64,000 bases of DNA, from contig NC_057718.1 in NCBI RefSeq assembly GCF_004010195.1, positions 63,016,225-63,080,224 on the forward strand, read 5' to 3'. Origin of the DNA: Chiloscyllium plagiosum (lineage: Eukaryota). Every line of letters starts with the position of its first letter. Position 1 is the first letter of the stretch. This document shows positions 39,871 to 52,404 of this stretch, in pieces. Both the position numbers and the translations under genes were made by a program. The notes under the pieces were generated by a model that saw only the letters and a program-made list of their open reading frames with translations, had not been told where the DNA came from and searched no databases.

Positions 39871-42089
39871 AAGGATATAAAGTCACAAGCAGAGACCTTT
39901 TCACTGCAAACAAAACAGGAATATGCTCAGGTGTTGCAACTTTTTTTGATTATCTTGGAGCTTGAGGTGCCTTTCGTTCTAGTTGGTCGAAGCACCTCGA
40001 TACATCAGAATTGACTGCCAAACAATCAGCACCCTTTATGCCTGTAGAACAAGCTGTTCTCATTTGAAATTTGGTATTCTTGCATTCATCTTGATGTTTG
40101 CAAAAACAAAGCGCTTTGGCAATACGCCTTGCATTTCATCTTTATTGAATTCTGCCCTACCAAGTAACTGTTAATATTGAATATAGTTCTTGAAATTGAA
40201 TATTGTATGAGGCGTAACAAGCACTGTACAGAGGTTGCAAAAAAAAAACAACTTGGCCCAACTAATATACACTAGCTGGGCTCCTGTGGCACAGTGATAG
40301 AGTCCCCCACTCTGAATCAGGAGGCTTGCGTCCAAAGTCCCATCTGCTCTAGAAATTTGTCCTAACACCTCTGAAAAGGTTGATTAAAAAATAGCTACGT
40401 AGGCATATACACCATTCAAGTGAACCATTCTAGTCACATTTACCCATACATTTTCCCTCATTCAATATCTTGAATTTTAACAGTTTCTGCCTCAACCATC
40501 AAGCTTGAAAGCAAATTACACAGTCTCAAAGTTGTGGAAGTTTGTTCTAAATTCTTTTGCATGTCTTGCATTCAAATTGTGTATCTTTGACACTTCATCC
40601 TTTACTTCCTAACTAGTGGAAATAGTCTGCTTGCATCCAGCCTGCTCCATCTGGGTCATAATTTTAAGAATTTGTATTACAATGCTCCATAATCCACTTT
40701 GTTGGAATATGACATACATGAAGCAAACAGACCTAATAGATTATGCAGTACATCAGAATACAGTTTCAGAACCTAGCTATTATCACTAATATCACATGGT
40801 AGTACACAGTAGAATATGTAATGGTTTACTAATCTGGCCTGTTGAATGGGTACAAACAAATTAAAGACTTGACATGAAAAAATAAGCAGCTGGAGTTTCA
40901 GATGCAATCAATGACATTTTAAATTTAGATGTTTACATTACAAAAATCAGCTGTCAATGCATTTTTCATTAGGTGCTGTTAAAGAATTCTAGTGAGCTGT
41001 CCAATTTTCTCAAGTGATCTTTATTAGCATCCAATGAGAGAATTTTAAGGACAGCAAATCTTTTGTCACAATTTACAAACTGTAAAACATTTTGGATAAA
41101 ATCTGCTCAAAAGGAAGGCATAATTTCTAATGCATTCAGAACTTGTTTTACTGCCAATGCTTTTTTAAGAAAAACAAATTTTCAATTATTCAAATTCAGC
41201 ATTATGCAAAGAACTATCTTGAAGTTAACATATACACAACTAAATGAATGATAGTTGTATGTTTGTAACTTTCTGCTAATGAAGACTCCATTTCCTATAA
41301 GAACTAAGATGAATATGTAGAACCACCAAATAAATTTACTCAACACAGCCATTGTATTGCTCACCACTATCCAAAAATGGATTCAGTATTCCTAAATGAC
41401 AATCTAAAATAGATCAAGGCATGGTGTACTTATTAAGAATAAGAATTTTGAACTGATCAGTGTCAGCAAGTCTGCAAAGTCATTTAAAAAAATCTACCAA
41501 CAATGCAATCTGATTTTATGTGACCGATTAAACTATCCTCAACCATAATCAATAGTCACAAAGTGACATCAAAGCAAGTTCATCCTAAAATGTACCTATT
41601 CCCCCTATACAGTTTAGATGCAAATTCTCGAATCTGTAAAGCAATGCATACATTTCCATTTGGTATCAATAACACATTTTTACAGACATATTAAAATTAT
41701 AGAACTCAAAGCAACGTGTAACTGATACCCATAACATCAGGCATTTGTGTAAAACAAAATCAGTCTATTCTCGTCAGCCTGACATTAGGCCACAAAAGCT
41801 CTAAATCATTTATGCACTAATTAATTTCATAATATTGCAGCAAACTTCAAGTAAACATTAACTACTGTACAGCATAGATCTTAATGGTAAGGAAGGAAAA
41901 GAAACATTTCAAGACAAAATGCCTTGAATGACCGGAGCACTTTTAAGAGAGTCTAGGCCTGCATGAAAGCTAAAGACATATAGGCCGGAACCAATGGCTA
42001 TGCATTACTGCAGATTATTATTTTTCACACAAATACCTACAGGCCTGTGCAGCAATGAGGAGATAATTTTACCACTTACTTGCATTTAA

Positions 42090-42650
42090 CACGTCAAGCA
42101 GCTCTGCACAGTTTTCGCACATCTTTCACTAATTTAACCATTTATCTGCCCTACGGTTTCTCGTTAAGTTCAATTGTTTGTTGTGCGACCGTTCGTTGTT
42201 TTGAGAAGGCGCTGAGGGAGGGGGAAGGGAGGGAAAGGGAGAAAAAAAAATCTGAATGCAAATTAACCGATCCGCACCACAACGACCAGCTCGAACCTCC
42301 GCGCCATTTTGATTTGGACAAGTCCGACGAGCAGCTTCGGATGTTTCCGCTGACAATCGGGTCCTTCCCCTGCGTCGCGCACCTCACGCAGCGTCCAAGA
42401 TGGCCACCCCTCCCTGCCACAGGTGGTACACACGTTCGCATGTCATTGCCACGGCAACGTACCTTACCTCGCCAACGGCCGCAATGACTCGACCAACTTG
42501 ATAAACAACGGAGAGAAGAGTGAGTGGTTGCGAGTGTCTTAAAAATAAATTATAACTGGATTAAACAGGACGTGGTGCTGATATCGGTGTTATTTCCCCA
42601 TGTCGCTCGTTCGTTTATTAACCTGAAGTTTTCACCGGCGAAATAGTTAC
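42090..42650. promoter_or_regulatory. CpG-island promoter, probably bidirectional
   Basis: Non-repeat CpG-dense stretch in a CpG-depleted window; YY1 motifs CGCCATTTT (42302-42310) and CAAGATGGCC (42396-42405); RFX X-box ATTGCCACGGCAAC (42445-42458); minus-strand donors GAG|GTAAGG (42468) and CAA|GTAAGT (42080). Confidence 0.75.
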
Positions 42651-42899
42651 TTTCATTTTCAGATGGGCATCTTTACAGAATAGAGCAAAACATTACTCGT
42701 TTAGCTTATCAAACTCACGTCCTGTCTCTGATGGTGGATGTTCTTTAAAACTATAATTTACTACAGTCCGTCCAAAAGCTGAGCAACTCCGATTGAAATT
42801 AATGATTCATTTTCTGCAGAAATTTGATAGTTACCTTTTAAAGTGATCAATTTCGTGTTAAATTGGCTAGATTTATAAAACCAGCATAGTATCATTGGT

Positions 42900-43480
42900 T
42901 AAAGTGCAGGAGGGCTAGGCCCGCCAGACAGGCAGGAGGCTGGAAGAACACAGCAAAACAAGCAGCATCAGGAGGTGGAAAAGTGGACGTTTTGGGTGTT
43001 GACCTTCTTCAGGACTCTGCCCCATACTCGTTTGAAAATAACGATTCAGTCTGCCCTCCACCACCTTTAGGCAATGCATTCGAGATCCTAACCACTTACT
43101 GTATTCAACAAAAATCATATTACTCTTACTCATTCCTGATGAAGAGCTCATGCTTGAAACGTCAACTGTGCAGCACCTCGGATGCTAGCTGATCTGTGCT
43201 TTTCCAATGCCATACTTTTTGACTCTGATCTCCAGCATCTGCAGTGCTCACTTTCTCCTCTTCCTTTTACTTTTGCCAACCATAAGCAAGTTCTTGTTCC
43301 AAGTTCTTGCATCAATGAAAACAGTTTCTCCCTACAAGTTCTGTCCAGACCTAAAAATCACATAACACCAGGTTATAACCCAACAGGGTTTTTTTATTTG
43401 GAAGCACTAGCTTTCAGATCACTGCTCCTTCATCAGGTGGTTGTGGATTATAAGGTCATAAGACACAGAATTTCTAGCAA
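42900..43480. mobile_element. Penelope-like terminal fragments
   Basis: Same terminal sequences as the other Penelope copies; CTGATGA-A-GAGC-TCAT-GCTT-GAAA-CGTC at 43136-43163. Confidence 0.7.
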
Positions 43481-44464
43481 ACAATTTCTGTCCAAACTCT
43501 TCATGGTTTTGATAATGTCTATCAAATTTCTTCTCAACCTCAAGTTCAAGGAGAACAGTGCCAGATTATCCAATCCAAACAATGTTACTGAAATTCTTCA
43601 TCATTGAAACCATTCTTGTGAGTTTTTTTCCTGCACCATCACAGATGCCTTCACATCCTTCAGTGTGCAATGGTTTCGCAATGTTAAAATAACTCTCTCA
43701 CAGGCACATTCAGGGTGGTCACCTATGAACTCACCCTTAGTGTGGATGAGAATCATCCTCATTTGTGAGGGACCACCAATGAATAAATTAAAATGTGATG
43801 CCCAGAACTGTATCTGGTCTTTTAGTAACAACACATTCAATTTAAAAAAGTGAACATTTAAAAGCAAAAGCTTTTCAGATCTTGGCCAAATTTTCCTTTG
43901 CAACATTCCATGGTACACAAAAAACCTGACATACACACTGACCTGTTTAATAGACAGACAGCAGACCATACAATAAGTATGCATCTATAAAGTGCAGAAA
44001 TGGTATTACACCTACAGGTTTGGAGCTATAGTGTCAATGTGTCCCACATTTCTTGCAAATGTTAATCCCAATCCCCTTGCTGATTAAAGCAATATGGACC
44101 ATATATAACCAGAACCTTCACTGATGAAAACGGCCTTTATATGTTAATGAAGCAATCATGAAATTGTTACAACATGTAGGAACTTAGATTTGGGAGTTTG
44201 TTTTTGGCAACAGTCTATGACATAGGTATGATTATTATTTTTAAGAAATTTAATTTTCAGTGCAGTAGGTAACAGCAGTAAAAGTGGACAAGGGGTAAGC
44301 AGCAGCTGACATCACAGTATTGCACACTATAGAGTTCTGAGGGACCTGTGAATTATGCCAATTTAAGAGAAGGAGCAGGGTATGGTACTGACATTTGTAA
44401 GTGCAAGCTGACTTAAGGGGAATAAGTTACTCAAATTTGTAAATTTATCAGCATTACAAAAGAC

Positions 44465-45131
44465 TATTAAAGAAGAAGAGTTGCAATCTGTAATCATTTG
44501 CTGCACTCAGTGTGATATTAAAGAGTTAATTTGCTCTGCTGACCTGCAGGAAAGTGGATGTCCCGAGGCTAGGGTGGGATGCCTCTGACTTACAGGTAAA
44601 TTGTAAGGAATTTACATTCCCATCCCATGCCATTCAGAGTCATGTATATGGCCATTTCCTAGCTATTCAGAAGTGAATATACATTGTCATCCCTTGCTAT
44701 TCAGAGCCATTTACATTGTCATCATCTCCTATTCAGAAATCAATAAGAACATTACAATTAGAATCCTGACAACTCCCTGCAGTTAAGAAATGATTCACAA
44801 CAGTTTTGACCATTAAGGGATGATTTACATTACATTGTTTCTGGAGATGATGTGGTCACTGCAGTATGTCTTGAGTAGCATGTGACTGTGGGGGAGTGGC
44901 TGGGGATTGTCTTGTGGGCATTACTGAGATGTAAAGATTTTGTATAAAGGAAGGACAGTTCCTTTATTCAGAGAGACTTCTCGACACACTTCGCAAACAT
45001 GACAAAGAGTGTTAAGAGTTTCTCCAAAGTCTGTACTGTATTTGCTTAATAAAATATGGTTGTTGTTCACCGAAATTGGTGTATTGCAGTTGCATCAAAT
45101 GCATAAGGATCTCAGAAAAAAGAACTTAACA
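44465..45131 (+). mobile_element. Solo LTR, same family as 15521-16289
   Basis: Shared 3' part (AAGTCTGTACTGTA..AATAAA..GCAGTTGCATCAA..AAGAACTTAACA); TATAAA near 44943; internal imperfect TTTACATT...TATTCAGA repeats; 5' end approximate. Confidence 0.75.
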
Positions 45132-46000
45132 GCAAATGAGTTCAGACTTAACTTTAGAGATTGGAGTATAAGAAGGAACTGCTACAGAAGTGGATACCAT
45201 ATTCCAGTTGAAGCTGAACCAGATTTTTTTTTGCAGTTCTATCATAACTCCTGTTGCTTTCATACTCTATGCCTATGTTTATAAAACTTGATTAACTGCT
45301 CTCCTGACCTTCCCTGCCACTTTCGACAATTAGAACAGTTACCCTCATCACCCTCTGCTCATGTATCCAATTTTGGAAATGTACACTTTATATAAACTGT
45401 CCTCATTCCTCTGTGCAAATTACATCACATTACTCTGCATTACATTTAAAATGCTACTTCTTTGCTTTCCCATCAACCTACCTATGATGTTATGAAGCTT
45501 AACATGATCCTCTTCACAATCCACAAAACTTCCAAACATTGTGCTATCTGCAAATTTTGAAATTTTCCCCTCTATAACCAAGTTCAGGTCATTAAAATAT
45601 ATCAAGAAAAGCATGTACCTGCTTACAGTGATGATATTCCATAGAGATTATTTGTTTTGGGAGTTAAGTTTAAATTCACAATAAACAGCGAACTCAGTAG
45701 TTATGAAACCTGTTTACTTCATCAAATCAAATAATAAATTATAAATAAATCAGGTTAAGAATATCACAAAACAGGCTATGGAGCCGAGCAGAGTAGAGCT
45801 TAAGCAGATTCTCTGGTTTTAATTTATCTGTGTGCTGGCTATGTTAGAAGCTAGATGCAGTTTGAAGCTGTAACGTTGCTGAAACACAGCATGTGTGATG
45901 CTGTTAAGAGCCTTCAGGCACTTAGTGCCCAGGAGAGTCCCAGAGGGTAGACAAAGTTAGGACACAAAGAAGATAAATTTGACAAAGTCTAGTATTCTCA

Positions 46001-46563
46001 GTAACAAAACAGAAATTGCTGGGAAAGTTCAGCAGGTCTGGCAGCATCTGTGAAGAGAAATCCGAGTTAACATTTCGGGTCTGGTGACCCTTCCTCAGAA
46101 CCGATGAGAGCTAGGAAGATGTCGGTTTATGTGCATAAGATAGGGTGGGGGTGGGGGTAAGTAATAAATGATAGGTAGGGATCGAGCCCAAAGAGAGAAA
46201 AGAACAGTTGGACAGACAAAGGAGTGGATAACAATCTGGCTGGGAGAGTGAATATAGTTAATGGAAACTGTTAAAGGCCAATAATAGACAGTGTGTAATG
46301 GCTGACTATGTGATAACAAGACCTGGTATGTGGAGTTGGGGGCTAGGACATGGGGGAGTTCAGGTCCTAAAATTATTGAATTTAATATTGAGTCTGGAAG
46401 GCTGAGGGTGCCCAAGTGGAAAATCAGGTGTTGTTCTTTCAGCTTGCGCTTCACTGGAGCAATTCTGAGGAAGGGTCACTGGACCCAAAATGCTAACTCT
46501 GATGTATCTTCAGAGATGCTGCCAGACCTGCTGAGCTTTTCCAGCAATTTCTGTTTTTGTTTA
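46001..46563. mobile_element. Penelope-like insertion with inverted termini
   Basis: Inverted ends of about 100 bp; 11-bp duplication TAGTATTCTCA at 45990-46000 and 46564-46574; RKLKEQHLIFHLGTL on the minus strand; CTGAGGA-A-GGGTC..GACCC-GAAA core at 46072-46098 (minus). Confidence 0.85.
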
Positions 46564-47468
46564 TAGTATTCTCATTGCTTGGACCATAACAAAATCACTT
46601 TTTAAACAATTGTATAACACTTGCATCAAGATCTTGAAGTCATATAACTAAGACATTGTCCCCAGGTAATTGAGTATAATGTAACATACAGTAACAATAA
46701 AAAAAGTGATATTTTAACATACTCCATCTTTTTTGAGACAGAGACAGGTTTTGAAATGCTAGTATTTTCAATTTACAACACTGTAAAGATTTGGCAGTTT
46801 TTTGTTTTTATGTCAATAAAATAAATCCCACGCTTCAGTTTGTTTCAGCTTCCCAATCAGTTTGTATTTGGCAGACAAAATGAGTGCTTTGTTTGATAGA
46901 AAGTGACAACCCCACAAACAATGTATTTCGTTGAACCAGGGGTTCAACATACTTGCCACAAAAAAGTTGTTTTTAAAATTAATTCATCCACCCAAGAGCA
47001 CCATGTATGCCAACATTTCTTCTCACCTCTACTAACAATTTTTCTACATATAGTTGTTTCTTAACTCCACTAGAAGTCCATTCCAGATGTTGATTACTGT
47101 TCATAATAATGCTAAATTTAATACTTTATCCTACTCTGAATTCAAGTTATAGCAGTAGTGTGAATGTTTTTCATTTTGTTCACTTTGTTGTATACCTATA
47201 TAAAAGATCATTTTTGATACTTCACTTAAGGCTGAAAAGTTTGTGTCTCCATCCTACCCTCATAACTCAGATGGTTGGCACGACAGATACAGTCATAACT
47301 CCGTCACTCTACACAGATGCTGCCTGAGTATTTCAGCACTTTGTTTTTGTTTCACATTCCCAGCATTTTGCTTTTACTTGCACAAATCGGCTTTTCACTT
47401 CACTACCTCTGGTGCCTGAATGTCTTCCAAGTTTCTTGGTGACCAGAACTGGACACATAATAAAAGTG

Positions 47469-48810
47469 CTGTATTTACTGTGGAAAAGGATATGGAAGAT
47501 AGCGACTGTAGGGAAATAGATGGTGACAGCTTGCAAAATGTCCAGATTACAGAGGAGGAAGAGCTGGATGTCTTGAAACAGCTAAAGGTGGATAAATCCC
47601 CAGGACCTGATCAGGTGTACCTGAGAACTCTGTGGGAAGCTAGACAAGTGATTGCTGGGCCTCTTGCTGAGATATTTGTATCATCGATAGTCACAGGTGA
47701 GGTGCCGGAAGACTGGAGGTTGGCTAACGTGGTGCCGCTGTTTAAGAAGGGCGGTAAAGACAAGCCAGGGAACTATAGACCGGTGAGCCTGACCTCAGTG
47801 GTGAACAAGTTGTTGGAGAGAGTCCTGAGGGACAGGATGTACATGTATTTGGAAAGGCAAGGACTGATTCGGGATAGTCAACATGGCTTTGTGCATGGGA
47901 AATCATGTCTCATAAACTTGTTTGAGTTTTTTGAAGAAGTAACAAAGAAGATTGATGTGGGCAGAGCAGTAGATGTGATTTATATGGACTTCAGTAAGGC
48001 GTACGACAAGGTTCCCCATGGGAGACTGATTAGCAAGGTTAGATCTCATGGAATACAGGGAGAACTAGCCATTTGGATACAGAACTGGCTCAAAGATAGA
48101 AGACAGAGGGTGATGGTGGAGGGTTGTTTTTCAGAATGGAGGCCTGTGACCACANNNNNNNNNNNNNNNNNNNNNNNNNNNNNNNNNNNNNNNNNNNNNN
48201 NNNNNNNNNNNNNNNNNNNNNNNNNNNNNNNNNNNNNNNNNNNNNNNNNNNNNNNNNNNNNNNNNNNNNNNNNNNNNNNNNNNNNNNNNNNNNNNNNNNN
48301 NNNNNNNNNNNNNNNNNNNNNNNNNNNNNNNNNNNNNNNNNNNNNNNNNNNNNNNNNNNNNNNNNNNNNNNNNNNNNNNNNNNNNNNNNNNNNNNNNNNN
48401 NNNNNNNNNNNNNNNNNNNNNNNNGAGGAGTGACCTTATAGAGGTTTACAAAATTATGAGGGCCATGGATAGGATAAATAGACAAAGTCTTTTCCCTGGG
48501 GTCGGGGAGTCCAGAACTAGAGGGCATAGGTTTAGGGTGAGAGGAGAAAGATATAAAAGAGACCTAAGGGGCAACGTTTTCATGCAGAGGGTGGTATGTG
48601 TATGGAATGAGCTGCCAGAGGATGTGGTGGAGGCTGGTATAATTGCAACATTTAAGAGGCATTTGGATGGGTATATGAATAGGAAGAATTTGGAGGGATA
48701 TGGGCCGGGTGCTGGCCGGTGGGACTAGATTGGGTTGGGATATCTGGTCGGCATGGACAGATTGGACCGAATGGTCTGTTTCCATGCTGTACATCTCAAT
48801 GACTCTTTGA
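47469..48810 (+). mobile_element. Relatively young 5'-truncated CR1 (HER1-like) LINE spanning an assembly gap
   Basis: Open RT frame up to the N run (KSPGPD, NYRPVSLTSVV, SQHGF, YMDFSKAYDKVPH), followed by the 3' UTR. Confidence 0.95.
48155..48424. other. Assembly gap (N run)
   Basis: Run of N. Confidence 0.98.
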
Positions 48811-49467
48811 CTTCTTATGATATGTATTCTGTTACTTCGACTTTCTGGTTCAGCATTTTTTATTTTAATTGCTGTTTTGTTTTGATTAAATGTGGTTACT
48901 GTTATTCCTAAAAATCCCTGGATGTTATTGAAATACAAAATAATTTCAGTGCCATTCATAGAGTACATCTGTTATTTAACTACCAAGGGATAAAGTGCAG
49001 AATAGACAATCATATTATTAGTAAGCTAAAATCCAATTTAAAGACAAAATTAAACTTATGTTTGAATTGTTTTATTGTTTCTCCTTAGAAAGAGATACTT
49101 GTATATTATATTCTTGGCAATAGCAGCATTATCTGATTATGGGTATTTTAAAATTGCAAATCACTCATTTTGTTTCCTTCGCATGCACAGTACTTCACAA
49201 ATCTAACAGTTTCTGTTTTAGATGTTGTTGAATTCAGACAGAGGACTATGCCAACAGAGGCCACCAGTGTCATTGTTGACAATCTCTTGACATTGGGTCA
49301 GATATATATTTTTAAGCTTGAATTTAGAGTGATGACATTTACAAGATTATGTGCATGTGCTTTTTTTTAAATACATTTTAAAAGCTGTGGTCGAATGTGG
49401 CCATCATGGTACAGTAGCTGGAAATATATCCTGCAGGAGATTTATATGTTCGAAAAAACTTCCATGA

Positions 49468-50250
49468 TGAGTCATAGAATCCTACAGCATGGAAACAGAC
49501 CATTCAGTCCAACTCGTCCATGCTGATCAGGTTTCCCAAGCTTAACGAGCTCCATTTGCCTGTGTTTGGCCCTTTTCCCTCTAAACTTTTCCTATTCATG
49601 TACCTGTCCGAATATCTTTTAAATGTTGTGAATGTACCTGCTTCCTCTAGCAGTTCATTTCTATATCTGTACCCACCCTCTGTGTGAAAAAACAGCCCCT
49701 CAGGTCCCTTTTAAATTTTCTCCTCTCACCTTAAAATTATGGCTTCTAATTTTGAACTCCCCTACCTTAGGGAAAAGACCTTTGCTATTCACCTTATCTA
49801 TGCCACTCATGATTTTATAAATCTTTATAGGATTACCACTTAATCTCCTACACTCCAGGGAAAGAGGTCCCAGTCTATCCAACGTCTCCCTCCCAAGTCA
49901 AACCCTCCAACCCAGTGACATTCTTGTCTATCTTTTCAATTTAATAATATCTTTCCTACAGTAGGATGACTAGAACTGTGCACAACACTCCAAAAGTGGT
50001 CTCACCAACATTCTGTATAGCGATGACATGACATCCCAACCCCTGTAGTCAATGCTATGATCAATGAAGGTCCGCATGTCAAATGCCTTCTTCACCTACA
50101 TGTCACCTCACTTTCAAAGAACTGTCTACCTATACCCTTAGCCATCACTCCCCAGGGCCCTACCATTAACTGTGTAAGTCCTGCCCTTGTTCGTCTATAT
50201 CAAAATGCAACACCTCACATTTATCTAAATTAACTTCCATCTGCTACTCC
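49468..50250 (-). mobile_element. CR1 3' remnant
   Basis: 3' UTR and decayed ORF2 C-terminus on the minus strand. Confidence 0.85.
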
Positions 50251-51158
50251 ATGAGAGGTATATTCTCCAAAATGAGCTTTGGGAGAGTACCTGCAATTGG
50301 ATCTGACTGCTCTAAATCAACATCAGTAGTGCAGTCTAAATCAATGAGTGGGAATCAGAAAGCTTCCTAATCACATTTTCTGCCCATTTTCTCCTGCCTT
50401 GTTTGTCTGTTATATCAAGCCTTTTGCTGAACCTCGTCACCTAAGACCTCACATTACCCAGTGGGAGGCACTGCCCAGCACCAAACTGTTTGCACTCCAT
50501 TGTAGGCAATTTCAGGCCATATAGAAGTGCCTGGTCTCCAGTTATCTTGGACCCCCTTGACATTACCAGGCCCATGTGCAATGGTATTGAAAGAACTCTT
50601 GCAAAGGCACCTTCCACACCCTCAGAATGAAGCTTGGGACCTGGAACGGAAACTGTACTGGTCTGTACAGCTACCTATGGACTCACCGTGAGAGTGGAAG
50701 AGGTTCATCCTCATCTGCAAAGGACCACCAATGAATGAATTTGCCGAGGAAGGAACCAAATTTGAGAGGGCTGACTATTCCAGACATTAGAGGGCTGCAA
50801 GTCAAACATGGATAACTTTGTACATGGATAACTTTGCTGTTTTCTGCATGGATCCACTTTCAGTGCAGACCCATGAGCATCTGTGATCAGTTTGAGCTGG
50901 CCTTTGGCACCAAGGTAAATAGAGGTAAGAGTGAGGCCATGTTCTTTGGGAACTGAGCTGACTGATCCTTTATCCCTTTCACCATCAAGACAGATTACCT
51001 TAAAATGCTGGGTATTTGGTTCAGAGGAGCTGAGGTTTGCGCCAAAACCTGGGAAGAGCATATTGCCAAGGTGAATCAGAAACTGGGGAAATGGAAGCAC
51101 CACTTCCTCTCCATTATGAGTAAAAACCTGATTCCGGGTGTGAGGTCCTCTCAGTGTT

Positions 51159-51487
51159 TAGATTAGATTAGATTAGATTAGATTACTTACAGTGTGGAAA
51201 CAGGCCCTTCGGCCCAACAAGTCCACACCGACCCGCCGAAGCGCAACCCACCCATACCCCTACATTTACCCCTTTAACCTAACACTACGGGCAATTTAGC
51301 ATGGCCAATTCACCTGACCCGCACATTTTTTGGATTGTGGGAGGAAACCGGAGCACCCGGAGGAAACCCACGCAGACACGGGGAGAACGTGCAAACTCCA
51401 CACAGTCAGTCGCCTGAGTCGGGAATTGAACCCAGGTCTCTGGCGCTGTGAGGCAGCAGTGCTAACCACTGTGCCACCGTGCCACCC
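51159..51487 (-). mobile_element. HE1 SINE, full length, young
   Basis: Complete head, V-domain and (TAATC)n tail; CAGTGTT on both flanks. Confidence 0.95.
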
Positions 51488-51504
51488 AGTGTTGTTGTAT
51501 GTGG

Positions 51505-51594
51505 CATAGGTCTGGCCTATTCCCCGAACCTGCGCACCTTGGGTCACCCCATAGGTCTGGCCTATTCCCCGAACCTGCGCACCTTGGGTCACCC
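51505..51594. repeat. Perfect 45-bp tandem duplication
   Basis: CATAGGTCTGGCCTATTCCCCGAACCTGCGCACCTTGGGTCACCC x2. Confidence 0.95.
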
Positions 51595-52330
51595 GAGCCA
51601 TCTTTTATTTTATTTGGAAGTCAAAGATGAACCAGGTCTAAAGGGACACCATGTATAAAGCGCTGGTCAAAGGGGGAAAGAACATACCCAACATTGCCCG
51701 CATCCTGATGGCTACTTTTGTGTGCAGCTGCATCAAGCTATGCATAGACTCTCAGGACACAAACACCAAAGGTCATTACATACTGAGGTTCTACCTATCC
51801 CCAGTGTTATGAAGAATTGATCTGGCCTCATTGCCGTGGAACACTCTATGTAGTTAGACTGTTCCGTATCACCTGTCCATTGTACAGAAATGTTTGACTA
51901 CAAGCCAATCAGGAAGTGGTCAGCACACAGCGTCCATGAGACCCTTTGGGAAAAGGAGAGCATGGATCTTGTTGGGCTGTTTTCTGAGCAGACTGTCGAT
52001 GTCATTTGGTAGAATGCCTCATGGCCATAACTTTGCAACAAGCACTAAGACATTGCCTGGCTGGTGATGAGAAGGACACTACCTATGAGATCCTTCATGT
52101 ACACCTAGAGTCTCTGTGCCACTGCAAGCTGCCCTTGAAGCAGCTGTGGGGAGAATGAGACTATCATACATCTCCTGCTGGAATGTGTCAGTGCAAAGGA
52201 AGTCTGGAGAATCATGCAGTGGGTTTTGGTAAAGTTCGTCCCAAATAGCTCCACGTGCTCTATGGTCTGTTCCTCGGGGTGCATACTGAGACAAATACAA
52301 ACTGTGCCCAGAGGGTCAACTCGGTGAAGG

Positions 52331-52404
52331 ATGCTCTTTGGTCTGCGTGAAAGATGCTCTTTGGTCTGCGTGAAACATGCTCTTTGGTCTGCGTGAAACA
52401 TGCT
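52331..52404. repeat. 23-bp tandem repeat, about 3.2 copies
   Basis: ATGCTCTTTGGTCTGCGTGAAA(G/C) x3 plus ATGCT. Confidence 0.95.

Noticed and set aside
42080..42487. 135-aa and overlapping ORFs across the CpG island
   Set aside because: Expected by chance in GC-rich sequence; no domain, and several have non-ATG starts
47420..48433. Longest ORF in the track (337 aa)
   Set aside because: It is a 5'-truncated CR1 RT fragment whose length is inflated by the N gap; not a host gene
49089..49296. Two adjacent plus-strand exon-like segments (KRYLYIIFLAIAALSDYG; DVVEFRQRTMPTEATSVIVDNLLTL)
   Set aside because: Their phases are incompatible when joined, the donors are weak and the peptides are unrecognised
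52331..52404. 23-bp repeats resembling a CRISPR array
   Set aside because: Head-to-tail with no spacers, inside a eukaryotic LINE
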